64,000 bases of DNA from Flavobacteriales bacterium (GTDB lineage: Bacteria; Bacteroidota; Bacteroidia; Flavobacteriales; UBA7430): positions 1,511 to 65,510 of the forward strand of contig JAKMFX010000027.1 in assembly GCA_022425195.1 (NCBI GenBank), in the 5' to 3' direction. Below the pieces are notes generated by a model. The model had not been told where the DNA came from and made no database searches. It was given only the letters and a program-made list of their open reading frames with translations. Of the stretch, positions 9,326 to 20,936 are shown in pieces (the stretch's first letter is position 1; every line of letters begins with the position of its first letter). The position numbers and the translations under genes were made by a program.

Positions 9326-10363
9326 TTAATTCTCCTTATAAGCACCTGAAGCTACTCGCTCTAGCCAATCTGAGTTATCCAAATACCAGTCAATGGTTTT
9401 ACTCAGTCCTTGCTTAAAATCTACTGAAGGTTTCCACTTCAGCTCATTACATAATTTCGTCGCGTCGATCGCATATCTCTTATCATGACCAGGTCGATCC
9501 TTAACAAAGCTTATTAATGTAGCCGAACTTCCTTTCATGCGACCCAACTTTTCATCCATCAACTCACATAAGAGATGAATTAAATCAATATTTGTCCACT
9601 CGTTAATACCTCCAATGTTATAGGTCTCTCCTTGTTTCCCGTGATGAAAAATAGCATCTATAGCAATGGCATGATCTATAACATACAACCAATCTCTGGT
9701 ATACTGACCATCTCCATAAACGGGCAATTCTTTTTCTTCTATGATGTTGTTTATAAACAGTGGGATTAATTTTTCAGGAAACTGATTTGGGCCGTAATTG
9801 TTAGAACAATTGGATATCACAAAAGGCAATCCATAAGTGTTTCCATAAGCCCTAACAAAATGGTCTGAGCTGGCTTTAGATGATGAATATGGAGATTGAG
9901 GATCGTAGGCAGTCGCTTCTGTAAACAATCCACTCTCTCCAAGGGAACCGTATACTTCATCGGTAGAAACGTGATAGAATAATTTTCCCTCAAAGGCTCC
10001 TCCCCACTCCTCTTTAGCTACGTTTAATAAATTTACCGTACCCAATACATTCGTGTGAATGAAGGCCATAGGATCTTCTATAGAACGATCAACGTGAGAC
10101 TCTGCAGCCAAATGTATCACTCCATCAATTTGATGTTTCTCGAAAATATCTTTCACCAAGTCCTTATCTGTAATGTCACCCTTTACGAAGGTATAATTTG
10201 AGGCTGACTCTAAATCTTTTATTGAATCTAGATTACCCGCATAAGTGAGTAAATCCAAATTCACAAAATTAGACTCAGGGTATTTTAAGACCATTAATCG
10301 CAAAACATGGGAACCGATAAATCCGGCTGCACCTGTAATAAGTATGTTCTTTTTTGACGACAT
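9326..10363 (-). CDS. rfbB: dTDP-glucose 4,6-dehydratase
   Basis: [10 protein letters not shown], catalytic-Tyr region PYSSSKASSDH, and C-terminal DxxKxxxELGW-type block (ATKLCNELKWKP). Confidence 0.95.
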   Translation of the reverse strand: MSSKKNILITGAAGFIGSHVLRLMVLKYPESNFVNLDLLTYAGNLDSIKDLESASNYTFVKGDITDKDLVKDIFEKHQIDGVIHLAAESHVDRSIEDPMAFIHTNVLGTVNLLNVAKEEWGGAFEGKLFYHVSTDEVYGSLGESGLFTEATAYDPQSPYSSSKASSDHFVRAYGNTYGLPFVISNCSNNYGPNQFPEKLIPLFINNIIEEKELPVYGDGQYTRDWLYVIDHAIAIDAIFHHGKQGETYNIGGINEWTNIDLIHLLCELMDEKLGRMKGSSATLISFVKDRPGHDKRYAIDATKLCNELKWKPSVDFKQGLSKTIDWYLDNSDWLERVASGAYKEN

Positions 10364-10367
10364 AGAA

Positions 10368-10619
10368 TTAATCCTCTAGTTCCTCATAACGATCAATTTC
10401 TCTTTGGTAAAACTCATCAGCCTCTGCCAAAAGGTTACTTATCGCTGTGGTTAACTCAGCATCATTGTCAGTGCCCAACAATTCAGGCAAATCATCGTCC
10501 AACCACATCACATCGTCGTTATCTAAATTCAAGATAAAACGAGGGGACTCGGTATGAATAATAAAAACTGCATCATGACATTCAGTATTGTCTCCAACTA
10601 AAAATTTAGGTATTTCCAT
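10368..10619 (-). CDS. Small acidic hypothetical protein (83 aa)
   Basis: ATG 10619 lies 7 nt after the activator stop, and its own stop lies 4 nt before the rfbB start. Asp/Glu-rich. No domain recognised. The GTG 10676 extension was rejected. Confidence 0.55.
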   Translation of the reverse strand: MEIPKFLVGDNTECHDAVFIIHTESPRFILNLDNDDVMWLDDDLPELLGTDNDAELTTAISNLLAEADEFYQREIDRYEELED

Positions 10620-10626
10620 GTTTTTT

Positions 10627-11790
10627 TTATTTTCCAGCATGTAATTTAACATCTTCTTGACCAATATGATCTGCACACAAAATTATGAGTCTTTCAATGA
10701 CATTTCTCAACTCTCTGATATTACCAGACCAACTGTATTTTTTTAAGGCGTTCATAGCACCTGCACTAAACTGCTTCTCTATAATACCATGTTCACCACA
10801 AATCTTCTTGCTAAAGTAAGAAACCAACTTGGGTATATCTTCTTTTCTTTGGTCTAAAGATGGAGTTTTTATCAATATGACTCCCAGACGATGGTATAGA
10901 TCTTCCCGAAAGTTACCATCTCTAATCTCCTTTTGCAAATCTTTATTGGTGGCGGCAATCACCCGAACATTTACTTTAATTTGTTTATCGCTACCTACTC
11001 TTGAAATTTTATGCTCCTGAAGAGCTCTCAGCACCTTTGCCTGTGCCTTCAAACTCATATCTCCGACTTCGTCTAAAAAAAGTGTTCCTCCATCTGCCGT
11101 TTCAAACTTCCCTTTTCTTTGTTTTACGGCAGAGGTAAATGCACCTTTTTCATGTCCGAAGAGTTCCGACTCTATCAATTCTGAGGGAATGGCGGCACAA
11201 TTTACTTCAATCAAAGGCGCCTTACATCGTTCACTTTTCTCGTGAATGGCATGAGCTATTAACTCTTTTCCCGTTCCATTTGCTCCTGTAATTAGCACTC
11301 GTGCACCTGTAGGAGCTACACGATCGATCATCTCATGAATTTTTAACAATTCCGGCGAGCTGCCAATCATTTCATATTTCTTTCGGACTTTCTTCTTAAG
11401 AACTTTATTTTGAGTCACGAGCTTTTTGCGATCGAGACCATTTCGGATGGTACTGAGCAATCGATTCAAATCTGGAGGCTTTGAAATGTAATCAAATGCT
11501 CCCTTTTTGATGGAATCTACTGCCGTATCAATATCACCATGACCAGAAATCATAACGATGGTCAGATCTGGGTGAGTGCCTATTGCTTTCTCAAGTAATT
11601 CAATCCCATCCATCTTGGGCATCTTGATATCACACAGAACAAGATCGTATGTATTGACTTTGATTTTCTCTAAACCTTCTAGTCCATTTTCGGCCAGATC
11701 AACCTCATAAGTTTTATCTTCATCTTTGATGATATTCGAAAGCACATTTCTTATGGATTCTTCATCTTCTATAATAAGGATTTTTGCCAT
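10627..11790 (-). CDS. Sigma-54-dependent response regulator (receiver + AAA+), lacking the C-terminal HTH domain
   Basis: Receiver domain with DLVLCDIKMPKMDG. Walker A GANGTGKE. GAFTGA-variant loop GAFTSA. The protein ends 16 aa after GNIRELRNVIERLIIL. Confidence 0.9.
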   Translation of the reverse strand: MAKILIIEDEESIRNVLSNIIKDEDKTYEVDLAENGLEGLEKIKVNTYDLVLCDIKMPKMDGIELLEKAIGTHPDLTIVMISGHGDIDTAVDSIKKGAFDYISKPPDLNRLLSTIRNGLDRKKLVTQNKVLKKKVRKKYEMIGSSPELLKIHEMIDRVAPTGARVLITGANGTGKELIAHAIHEKSERCKAPLIEVNCAAIPSELIESELFGHEKGAFTSAVKQRKGKFETADGGTLFLDEVGDMSLKAQAKVLRALQEHKISRVGSDKQIKVNVRVIAATNKDLQKEIRDGNFREDLYHRLGVILIKTPSLDQRKEDIPKLVSYFSKKICGEHGIIEKQFSAGAMNALKKYSWSGNIRELRNVIERLIILCADHIGQEDVKLHAGK

Positions 11791-12728
11791 TGTTTTGGAT
11801 TTATTATTATTTCATTAATAAGCCCTTCTTTAAGCGCATAACTTGAAACACGTAAATCGTGAAGGGTCAATCTATTTAATATATAATTAATCATGACAAT
11901 ACAAATAACAATCATGTCAGCACGCATTGGGATTAAACCATCCATTTTTAATCGTTCGTCCAATGTTGATTCATAGATTATTCTTTGAATCTGGTTGTAG
12001 TCATGCATGTCAAATCTATAATATTTATTCTTTTTCCAATTCGTAGGAGATCCATTTTTACAACATATCATTTCTGCTAAGGTATCAAAAGAGCCCGAAG
12101 AACCAATAAGACAATTGACCTCATAGGCCTCAGTCATCTCAAACATTTCCTGTAACACCTCTTCAAAATGCGATTCAAGTATGCTCACATCTTCAGAGGT
12201 AATGGGATCTTTAGGCTGAAAAGTCTCTAGCAGTCTAGCCGCACCCAACTGATAACTTTTCCTCCAAAAAGATTGCTTTTGATTGGCTATGATAAACTCT
12301 GTACTTCCCCCACCTATATCAATTATCAATTTCGGCTTTTCTTCTAAGCTTATAGATTGCCGAACCCCTTTATAAATTAAATCTGCCTCCTGATCTCCAT
12401 CAATGACATGAATGTGTATACCCAATTTGTCTTTTGCATCCTTCACAAATTGAGGTCCATTATTCGCACACCTAATGGCCGAAGTTGCCACCGCATAAAA
12501 CTCATCTACCTCGAACTTTTCTAGGGTGTTCTTATAGGCTTGTAAGGCGCTTAGACCTCTTTGGTAAGCCTCGGAGGTTATGAAATCTTTTGTGATTCCG
12601 CCTTCACCTAATTTCACAGGAATTTTTTTCTTTTTTAAAATCGTGTAACCCGATGTATTCAGCTCTGCAATGAGTAGATTAAAGGTATTCGTCCCCAAAT
12701 CTATAATGCCTATTTTCTTCATTTTCAA
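11769..12728 (-). CDS. Ppx/GppA-family phosphatase (exopolyphosphatase-like, short form)
   Basis: IIDLGTNTFNLLI and IDIGGGSTEF actin-fold ATPase motifs. 22-nt overlap with the downstream activator gene. Confidence 0.8.
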   Translation of the reverse strand: MKMKKIGIIDLGTNTFNLLIAELNTSGYTILKKKKIPVKLGEGGITKDFITSEAYQRGLSALQAYKNTLEKFEVDEFYAVATSAIRCANNGPQFVKDAKDKLGIHIHVIDGDQEADLIYKGVRQSISLEEKPKLIIDIGGGSTEFIIANQKQSFWRKSYQLGAARLLETFQPKDPITSEDVSILESHFEEVLQEMFEMTEAYEVNCLIGSSGSFDTLAEMICCKNGSPTNWKKNKYYRFDMHDYNQIQRIIYESTLDERLKMDGLIPMRADMIVICIVMINYILNRLTLHDLRVSSYALKEGLINEIIINPKQWQKSLL

Positions 12729-12904
12729 TATATCTAATTCATTCCACCGGGGATATCAAGACCATCAGACTCTTGATAAAAAATTCTAGGTACTCAAAGA
12801 AAAATATCTCAATAGTAAAGATAACCAATAATTCACAAAACCATCGAGATTTCAATGAACTGGAAAATCAGTAAACCCGAAAGAGTGTGTTCATAAATAA
12901 CAGG

Positions 12905-12934
12905 AAATAAAAAGGCTGAGCAATTGCTCAGCCT
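12905..12934 (-). terminator. Rho-independent terminator after gltA
   Basis: Palindrome AGGCTGAGCAATTGCTCAGCCT, followed on the minus strand by TTTTATTT. It starts 10 nt after the gltA stop. Confidence 0.8.
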
Positions 12935-12944
12935 GAATAAATTC

Positions 12945-14231
12945 TTAACGTTCGTTAATTGGAATATAAGGTCTGTCATTATGACCTGTATATACTTGAC
13001 GAGGACGACCGATAGGATCACCGTTCTCACGCATCTCCTTCCACTGAGCAACCCATCCTGGTAATCTACCTAGCGCAAACATTACCGTAAACATATCGGT
13101 TGGGATTCCCAGGGCACGATAAATAATACCCGAGTAGAAGTCGACATTTGGATACAATCCTCTATCGATAAAGTATTGATCTTTCAAAGCGACACCTTCC
13201 AATTCTTTTGCAATGTCTAATACAGGGTCACTAACTCCTAAAGCGCCCAACACATCTTCAGCAGCTTTCTTGATGATGCGTGCACGCGGGTCAAAGTTTT
13301 TATAAACTCTGTGCCCGAATCCCATCAGGCGGAAAGGGTCTGACTTGTCCTTGGCTTTAGCGATGTATTTAGTCACATCCCCACCATCGGCCTTAATGGC
13401 TTCCAGCATTTCGATAACAGCTTGATTTGCACCACCGTGAAGTGGACCCCAAAGAGCGGCAATACCTGCAGAAATTGAAGCATACAAGCTGGCGTGTGAT
13501 GATCCTACAATACGAACTGTAGATGCGGAACAATTTTGCTCATGATCTACATGAAGGATTAATAATTTGTTTAATGCATTGGATACAACTGGATCTATTT
13601 TATATTCTTCAGTAGGCAATCCAAACATCATTCTTAGAAAGTTTGAACAGTAATCTAAATTGTTATCTGGATAAACAAGCGGCTGACGCATTCTATTTTT
13701 AAATGCCCATGTAGCTAATGTAGGTAGCTTTGCAATGATTCTAATGATGGTACCATTGACTTCTTCGGCAGAACGATTTGGATCTAATGACTTCGGATAG
13801 AAAGCCGTTAGTGATGACACCAAAGATGAAATAACTCCCATTGGATGGGCTTGTGATGGAAAACCTTCTAAAATAGCTTTCACATCTTCATGAACTAAAG
13901 TGTGATGGGTAATTTCTAATTGAAAATCGTTCAGCTGTTCTTCTGTTGGTAGCTCTCCATAAATTACTAAATAAGCAACTTCAATGAATGAGGACTTGTC
14001 AGCTAGTTCTTCAATACTGTAACCTCTGTGACGTAGAATACCTTTCTCTCCATCTAAAAAAGTGATTGCACTCTCAGTAGAACCGGTGTTTTTAAACCCT
14101 TTATCAATAGTAATAAGACCAGAAGTACTCCTTAGTTTACTGATATCAATAGCCTTTTCTCCCTCACTACCCTCAACAACAGGTAGTTTGTAGGCCTTAC
14201 CTTCATAATTTAATTCTGCAAAATTTGACAT
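12945..14231 (-). CDS. gltA: Citrate synthase
   Basis: 428 aa with GPLHGGANQ, MGFGHRVYK and DFYSG blocks. Confidence 0.95.
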   Translation of the reverse strand: MSNFAELNYEGKAYKLPVVEGSEGEKAIDISKLRSTSGLITIDKGFKNTGSTESAITFLDGEKGILRHRGYSIEELADKSSFIEVAYLVIYGELPTEEQLNDFQLEITHHTLVHEDVKAILEGFPSQAHPMGVISSLVSSLTAFYPKSLDPNRSAEEVNGTIIRIIAKLPTLATWAFKNRMRQPLVYPDNNLDYCSNFLRMMFGLPTEEYKIDPVVSNALNKLLILHVDHEQNCSASTVRIVGSSHASLYASISAGIAALWGPLHGGANQAVIEMLEAIKADGGDVTKYIAKAKDKSDPFRLMGFGHRVYKNFDPRARIIKKAAEDVLGALGVSDPVLDIAKELEGVALKDQYFIDRGLYPNVDFYSGIIYRALGIPTDMFTVMFALGRLPGWVAQWKEMRENGDPIGRPRQVYTGHNDRPYIPINER

Positions 14232-14307
14232 CTATCCGTTTATTGATCGTTAATCCATTATGTAATCGATGTAGCCGAGAAATCGCATCCGCTACGTTGT
14301 TTGTTTT

Positions 14308-15600
<1,293 letters not shown>

Positions 15601-15605
15601 CTAAG

Positions 15606-16715
15606 CTAATTTTTGTGTGTTTTGAGATGATCGACAAACTGGTCAAACAGATAACGTGAGTCGTGAGGCCCTGGTGATGATTCTGGATGAAATTGCACCG
15701 AAAAACAGTTTCGATCTTTCAGACGAATACCTTCAACCGTGTTGTCATTTAAATTTTTGTGTGTGAGAATAATGTTGTCATGTCCCTCTAGACTTTTCAT
15801 GTCTATAGCAAATCCATGATTCTGTGAAGTAATTTCACCAAGCCCAGATTCTAAATTGAGAACAGGATGATTGATTCCACGATGACCATTATGCATCTTA
15901 TAGGTTGTTAAACCAGAAGAAAGGCCTATCATCTGATGTCCAAGACAAATTCCAAAGATAGGAAGTCCCGCATCTAAGATCTTAGCGACTTCAGCAATGA
16001 CGTTTGGCATAGCACTAGGGTCTCCAGGTCCATTCGAAAGGAAAAAACCATCTGGATTCCAGGCCAGCATGTCATCCATGGTGGTATGCATTGGGAAAAC
16101 TTTAAGCAAACAACCTCTATCAGCAAGACATCGTAAAATGTTGGTCTTGACACCTAAGTCAAGAACAGCTACTCTGTATTTGGAATTTTCGTCACCAAAA
16201 GTGTAGGGCTCTTTGGTCGATACCGACGAAGACAACTCAAGACCTTCCATACTTGGAACTTTGGCCAACGTTGCTTTCAAAGATTCTACATCTGTATTCT
16301 CTGAAGAAATAATCGCATTCATAGCACCTTTGTCACGTATGTATCGTACAAGAGCACGTGTGTCAACATCGCATATAGCGACCAGTCCTTCCTTCTCGTA
16401 GTATTCCTGAAGAGACATACTAGAACTTGGTCGTGAATTGTGATCATTAAAATCTTTACAAATCAAACCAGATATTTTAACACCAGAGGACTCAACTTCT
16501 TCTTCATGAACCCCATAATTACCAATATGTGCATTGGTCGTCAACATCAGTTGACCCGTATATGAGGGATCGGTAAAAATCTCTTGATAACCTGTCATTC
16601 CGGTATTAAAACATACCTCTCCAGTTGCAGTACCTCTGAGTCCTGCTGCACTTCCATAAAAGATAGCACCATCTTCTAGAAGTAAAATTGCCTTTTGTTT
16701 TGCTTGGTATTTCAT
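15606..16715 (-). CDS. carA: Carbamoyl-phosphate synthase small (glutaminase) subunit
   Basis: GICLGHQ catalytic Cys motif and the FHPE block. 369 aa. Confidence 0.95.
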   Translation of the reverse strand: MKYQAKQKAILLLEDGAIFYGSAAGLRGTATGEVCFNTGMTGYQEIFTDPSYTGQLMLTTNAHIGNYGVHEEEVESSGVKISGLICKDFNDHNSRPSSSMSLQEYYEKEGLVAICDVDTRALVRYIRDKGAMNAIISSENTDVESLKATLAKVPSMEGLELSSSVSTKEPYTFGDENSKYRVAVLDLGVKTNILRCLADRGCLLKVFPMHTTMDDMLAWNPDGFFLSNGPGDPSAMPNVIAEVAKILDAGLPIFGICLGHQMIGLSSGLTTYKMHNGHRGINHPVLNLESGLGEITSQNHGFAIDMKSLEGHDNIILTHKNLNDNTVEGIRLKDRNCFSVQFHPESSPGPHDSRYLFDQFVDHLKTHKN

Positions 16716-16731
16716 TAAAGTTTAAACCTAT

Positions 16732-16761
16732 AAAAAAAGGGATAGAGCCAAAGCTCCACCC
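16732..16761 (-). terminator. Rho-independent terminator closing the ribosomal superoperon (after rplQ)
   Basis: Minus strand reads GGGTGGAGC-TTTG-GCTCTATCCC followed by TTTTTTT. Confidence 0.7.
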
Positions 16762-16797
16762 TTTTAGTTTTATTTAAAGAATGATATAGTAGTTCCC

Positions 16798-17358
16798 TTA
16801 TGCATCTTTATTTTCGTCATTCGAATCGTCAGACTTTTTTTCTTCAGCAGCAGGAGCTTCTTCAGATTTGGACTCTACAGCTGGTGTTTCTTCAACGACT
16901 TGAGCGTCTTCAACAGCAGGAGCGTCTTCCACCTTAGCTGTAGCTTTCTTACGTCTACGCGTTTTGGTTTTCTTAACCTCTTTTCCATTCGTGTAAACCT
17001 CATTGAAGTCTACCAACTCAATCATACACATCTCTGCATTATCACCAGGACGATTTCCTGTTTTGATGATGCGTGTATAACCTCCAGGACGATCACCCAC
17101 CTTAGATGAAACAGCACCAAACAACTCCTTGATGGTTTCCTTTTGTCTTAGGTAACTAAATACAACCCTACGTGAATGTGTAGAATCGTCTTTTGCTTTT
17201 GTGATTAAAGGCTCAACATATCTTTTCAATGCTTTTGCTTTCGCCACTGTTGTGTTAATTCTTTTGTATTCAATCAATGAACAAGCCATGTTTGACAGCA
17301 TCGCTTTACGATGTGCGGCTTTTCTTCCTAAGTGATTGATTTTCTTTCCGTGTCTCAT
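16798..17358 (-). CDS. rplQ: 50S ribosomal protein L17 with a long acidic C-terminal tail
   Basis: [22 protein letters not shown]-terminus. The tail is rich in E/A/K/D (…[20 protein letters not shown]…). Confidence 0.95.
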   Translation of the reverse strand: MRHGKKINHLGRKAAHRKAMLSNMACSLIEYKRINTTVAKAKALKRYVEPLITKAKDDSTHSRRVVFSYLRQKETIKELFGAVSSKVGDRPGGYTRIIKTGNRPGDNAEMCMIELVDFNEVYTNGKEVKKTKTRRRKKATAKVEDAPAVEDAQVVEETPAVESKSEEAPAAEEKKSDDSNDENKDA

Positions 17359-17363
17359 GACTA

Positions 17364-18356
17364 CTATTCGTTATCTAATTTGTACTTGGAAGTGTCCATT
17401 CCGAAGGATAAACCTTTCAAAGCAACTAATTCATCTAATTCAGTAAGCGATTTTTTACCAAAGTTTCTAAACTTCATTAAATCGCTTTTATTGAAGGTGA
17501 CAAGATCTCCTAAAGTCTCAACTTCAGCAGCTTTCAAGCAGTTTAATGCTCTTACTGAAAGATCCATTTCCGTTAATTTTGAATGAAGTAGCTGTCTCAT
17601 CTTCAGTGACTCTTCGTCATACTGATTTTCAGATGCGGTTTCTTCATCCTCCAACGAAATACGATCGTCAGAAAACAACATGAAGTGGTGAATTAAAATC
17701 TTAGAAGCCTCAGTCAAGGCATCTTTTGGATTGATAGAACCGTCCGTACTCAATTCTAAAACCAATTTTTCGTAATCGGTTTTTTGCTCCACACGGAAGT
17801 TTTCAATTTCAAACTTTACATTTTTTATCGGCGTGAAGATTGAATCTGTTGCAATCGTCCCCAAAGGTACTTCTTCAATATTGTGTTCCTCGGCAGTAAC
17901 AAAACCACGTCCCTTGATGATGGTAAGAACCATATCGATAGACACCTTGGAATTCATGTTACAGATGACCAAATCCGGATTTAAAACTTGAAAACCAGAA
18001 ATGTACTTACCAATATCTCCAGCAGTCAATTGATCTTGCTTGGATACGGATATGTGAACCGTTTCGTTTTCAACATCCTCAACTTGCTTCTTAAAACGCA
18101 CTTGTTTTAAGTTCAAGATGATTTCTGTAACATCTTCTACGACACCTTCAATGGTTGAAAATTCATGTTCAACACCTTCGATGCGAACAGAGGAAATAGC
18201 GAATCCTTCTAATGAAGAAAGTAGCACTCTACGTAGAGCATTTCCAATTGTTAAACCATAACCTGGTTCCAATGGGCGAAACTCAAATTGACCAAAACTA
18301 TCAGTCGAGTTTACCATAAATACTCTATCCGGCTTTTGGAAATTTAATATTGCCAT
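17364..18356 (-). CDS. rpoA: DNA-directed RNA polymerase alpha subunit
   Basis: 330 aa with the [11 protein letters not shown] motif and a C-terminal domain carrying [10 protein letters not shown]. Confidence 0.97.
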   Translation of the reverse strand: MAILNFQKPDRVFMVNSTDSFGQFEFRPLEPGYGLTIGNALRRVLLSSLEGFAISSVRIEGVEHEFSTIEGVVEDVTEIILNLKQVRFKKQVEDVENETVHISVSKQDQLTAGDIGKYISGFQVLNPDLVICNMNSKVSIDMVLTIIKGRGFVTAEEHNIEEVPLGTIATDSIFTPIKNVKFEIENFRVEQKTDYEKLVLELSTDGSINPKDALTEASKILIHHFMLFSDDRISLEDEETASENQYDEESLKMRQLLHSKLTEMDLSVRALNCLKAAEVETLGDLVTFNKSDLMKFRNFGKKSLTELDELVALKGLSFGMDTSKYKLDNE

Positions 18357-18386
18357 ATGCTAAATCTTTAACGTGTCTATATTATT

Positions 18387-18992
18387 TTACTTAGAATACA
18401 ATTCTACAATCAGCTGTTCCTTGATCGCCTCAGGAATTTGAGCACGTTCTGGGATTGCAACAAATGTACCTTTTAGTGAATCAGAGCTAAACTCCAACCA
18501 CTCGTAACTTCCTGCATTCGCTTTTAAAGAATCTGTAATCGCCTCAAGCGCTTTTGACTTCTCACGAACTTCAATTACATCGCCAGGACGTAAAGAGTAA
18601 GACGGTACGTTTACAATACCACCATTCACCGTGATGTGTCTGTGAGAAACCAATTGACGAGCTCCACTACGTGTAGGGGAAATACCCATTCTATACACTG
18701 TATTGTCTAGTCTTCTTTCACATAATTGCAACAGAATCTCACCCGTTACACCTGTTTTTGAAGATGCTTTCTTGTATAAATTACGGAATTGCTTTTCAAG
18801 TATTCCGTATGTGTATTTTGCTTTTTGCTTTTCTAAAAGCTGAACTGCATATTCAGACTGCTTTGAGCGTCTTCTTGAGTTTCCGTGTTGTCCTGGAGGG
18901 TAACTTTTCTTCTCCAAGGATTTATCAGCACCAAATATTGCCTCACCGAATCTACGTGCAATTTTAGTTTTAGGACCTGTATATCTTGCCAT
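18387..18992 (-). CDS. rpsD: 30S ribosomal protein S4
   Basis: [18 protein letters not shown]-terminus. Position in the alpha cluster. Confidence 0.97.
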   Translation of the reverse strand: MARYTGPKTKIARRFGEAIFGADKSLEKKSYPPGQHGNSRRRSKQSEYAVQLLEKQKAKYTYGILEKQFRNLYKKASSKTGVTGEILLQLCERRLDNTVYRMGISPTRSGARQLVSHRHITVNGGIVNVPSYSLRPGDVIEVREKSKALEAITDSLKANAGSYEWLEFSSDSLKGTFVAIPERAQIPEAIKEQLIVELYSK

Positions 18993-19011
18993 TTCTTAGG
19001 TTTTAAAAGGA

Positions 19012-19392
19012 TTAAACTCTTCTACGTTTTGGGGGTCTACAACCATTGTGCGGTTGTGGAGTAACATCTACAATTTCAGAAACCTGAATTCCGTTGTTGT
19101 GTAAGGTACGGATTGCAGATTCACGACCATTACCTGGTCCCTTCACGTAAACTTTAACTTTTCTCAAACCAGCTTCATAAGCGATTTTCGCACAATCTTC
19201 AGCAGCTGTTTGAGCAGCATAAGGAGTATTCTTTTTAGAACCTTTAAATCCTTGCTTACCTGCAGAAGACCATGAAATTACTTGACCTGCATTGTTGGTA
19301 AGTGAGATAATGATGTTGTTAAAGGACGCATGTATATGAGCCTGTCCTACAGACTCAACTTTTACGTTTCTCTTTTTGTTTGTCTTAGCCAT
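19012..19392 (-). CDS. rpsK: 30S ribosomal protein S11
   Basis: [14 protein letters not shown] and C-terminal [13 protein letters not shown]. Confidence 0.97.
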   Translation of the reverse strand: MAKTNKKRNVKVESVGQAHIHASFNNIIISLTNNAGQVISWSSAGKQGFKGSKKNTPYAAQTAAEDCAKIAYEAGLRKVKVYVKGPGNGRESAIRTLHNNGIQVSEIVDVTPQPHNGCRPPKRRRV

Positions 19393-19401
19393 AGCTACCT
19401 A

Positions 19402-19776
19402 CTATTTAGTTGCTTTCTTTTTGTTAGCAACAGTTTTTCTTCTACCCTTTCTCGTACGTGAGTTATTTTTAGTCCGTTGACCTCTCAACGGTAACCCAGA
19501 ACGATGACGTTGCCCTCTGTTACATCCAACATCCATCAATCGCTTGATGTTCAATTGAACTTCAGATCTCAACTCACCCTCGATAGTGTAGTCTGATATG
19601 ATGGTACGAATTTGACTCAATTCGTCATCATTCCAATCCTTTACCTTAGTGTTTAGATCAACACCGGCTTTTGTAAGGACTTCCTGTGCACGTGTTCTAC
19701 CTATACCAAAGATATAAGTTAACCCGATTTCTCCTCTTTTATTTGTGGGTATGTCTACCCCTGCAATTCTTGCCAT
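19402..19776 (-). CDS. rpsM: 30S ribosomal protein S13
   Basis: [11 protein letters not shown]-terminus and a basic C-terminus. Confidence 0.97.
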   Translation of the reverse strand: MARIAGVDIPTNKRGEIGLTYIFGIGRTRAQEVLTKAGVDLNTKVKDWNDDELSQIRTIISDYTIEGELRSEVQLNIKRLMDVGCNRGQRHRSGLPLRGQRTKNNSRTRKGRRKTVANKKKATK

Positions 19777-19798
19777 AGAATTTTTTTTTGATCAAGGA

Positions 19799-19915
19799 CT
19801 AGCCTTGTCTTTGTTTAAATTTAGGGTTCTTCTTGTTGATTACATAAAGTCGCCCTTTTCTGCGCACTATTTGGCAGTCAGCACTTCTTTTCTTAATTGA
19901 TGCTCTTACTTTCAT
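19799..19915 (-). CDS. rpmJ: 50S ribosomal protein L36 (38 aa; single-Cys, zinc-independent type)
   Basis: Hand translation: [38 protein letters not shown]. It is below the ORF-track length cut-off and sits between infA and rpsM as expected. Confidence 0.9.
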   Translation of the reverse strand: MKVRASIKKRSADCQIVRRKGRLYVINKKNPKFKQRQG

Positions 19916-19928
19916 CTTTTTGACTTAT

Positions 19929-20144
19929 TTAGTATCTGTAAGTAATTCTTCCTTTGGTTAAATCGTAGGGAGACATAGCTAATTTAACCTTGTCTCCTGG
20001 CAACAATTTAATGTAGTGCATGCGCATCTTACCTGAGATGTGAGCTGTTAGAACGTGACCGTTTTCCAGTTCTACTCGGAACATTGCATTTGAAAGTGAT
20101 TCTGTAATCACTCCATCTTGCTCTATTGATGCTTGTTTAGCCAT
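19929..20144 (-). CDS. infA: Translation initiation factor IF-1
   Basis: 71 aa with ...[23 protein letters not shown]... (S1-like fold). Confidence 0.97.
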   Translation of the reverse strand: MAKQASIEQDGVITESLSNAMFRVELENGHVLTAHISGKMRMHYIKLLPGDKVKLAMSPYDLTKGRITYRY

Positions 20145-20147
20145 ACA

Positions 20148-20927
20148 CTAATTTTTATTTTTTAACACCTCGTCAATGTATTCAAATGACGATAATATTT
20201 CTGCTTTACCCTTTCGAACAACAACAGTGTGTTCGAAATGTGCCGAAGGTTTTAAGTCGGCCGTTTTAATCGTCCAACCATCGTTTAACTGAATGATCTC
20301 TTTCACTCCCATATTGATCATGGGTTCAATAGCAATCACCAGCCCTTCTTGTAATTTAACACCTCTTCCTCTTTTACCATAATTGGGAACTTCTGGACTT
20401 TCATGAAGGTTTGCACCAACTCCGTGTCCTACTAACTCCCTAACAACAGTGTATCCACTATCTTCTGCGTGTTTTTGTATGGCGTAACCAATGTCTCCAA
20501 TTCGGTGACCAGCAACTGCAACTTCGATTCCTTTGTAAAGTGACTCTCTAGTAACTTTAAGTAAATCTTGTACCTCCTTAGCAACTTCTCCTACCTCATA
20601 AGTGAAGGCAGAATCGCCAAAGAAACCATTTTTTTTAACACCACAATCTAAAGATAAAATGGTTCCGGATTCTAAAGGCGTACTGTTTGGGATTCCATGA
20701 ACGACTTCTTCATTCGGAGAAACACATAAAGTGTTTGGGAACCCACTGTATCCTTTGAAACCTGGAATACCACCATGGTCTCTGATAAACTCTTCAGCAA
20801 CTTTATCTAACTCAAGGGTAGTGACACCCGGTTGGATTAGTTTCGCTACTTCAGCGTGTGTTTTTGCAACAAGTAAAGAACTTTCTCGTATTAATTCAAT
20901 TTCATCTTCAGTCTTATAATAGATCAT
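20148..20927 (-). CDS. map: Type I methionine aminopeptidase
   Basis: Blocks VCHGIP-like (VVHGIP), D..V..DG, and GHGVG / FTIEP-like (IAIEP). Confidence 0.95.
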   Translation of the reverse strand: MIYYKTEDEIELIRESSLLVAKTHAEVAKLIQPGVTTLELDKVAEEFIRDHGGIPGFKGYSGFPNTLCVSPNEEVVHGIPNSTPLESGTILSLDCGVKKNGFFGDSAFTYEVGEVAKEVQDLLKVTRESLYKGIEVAVAGHRIGDIGYAIQKHAEDSGYTVVRELVGHGVGANLHESPEVPNYGKRGRGVKLQEGLVIAIEPMINMGVKEIIQLNDGWTIKTADLKPSAHFEHTVVVRKGKAEILSSFEYIDEVLKNKN

Positions 20928-20936
20928 CGGAGAATT

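Noticed and set aside
12833-13051. 72-aa minus-strand ORF overlapping the 3' end of gltA and its terminator.
   Set aside because: It is out of frame with gltA, runs through the terminator palindrome, and has a hydrophobic nonsense composition.
18993-19011. Possible S4-binding ribosomal leader upstream of rpsD, and other r-protein autoregulatory RNA structures.
   Set aside because: The intergenic gaps are only 10-20 nt, so any structure would overlap coding sequence. It cannot be assessed without covariance models.
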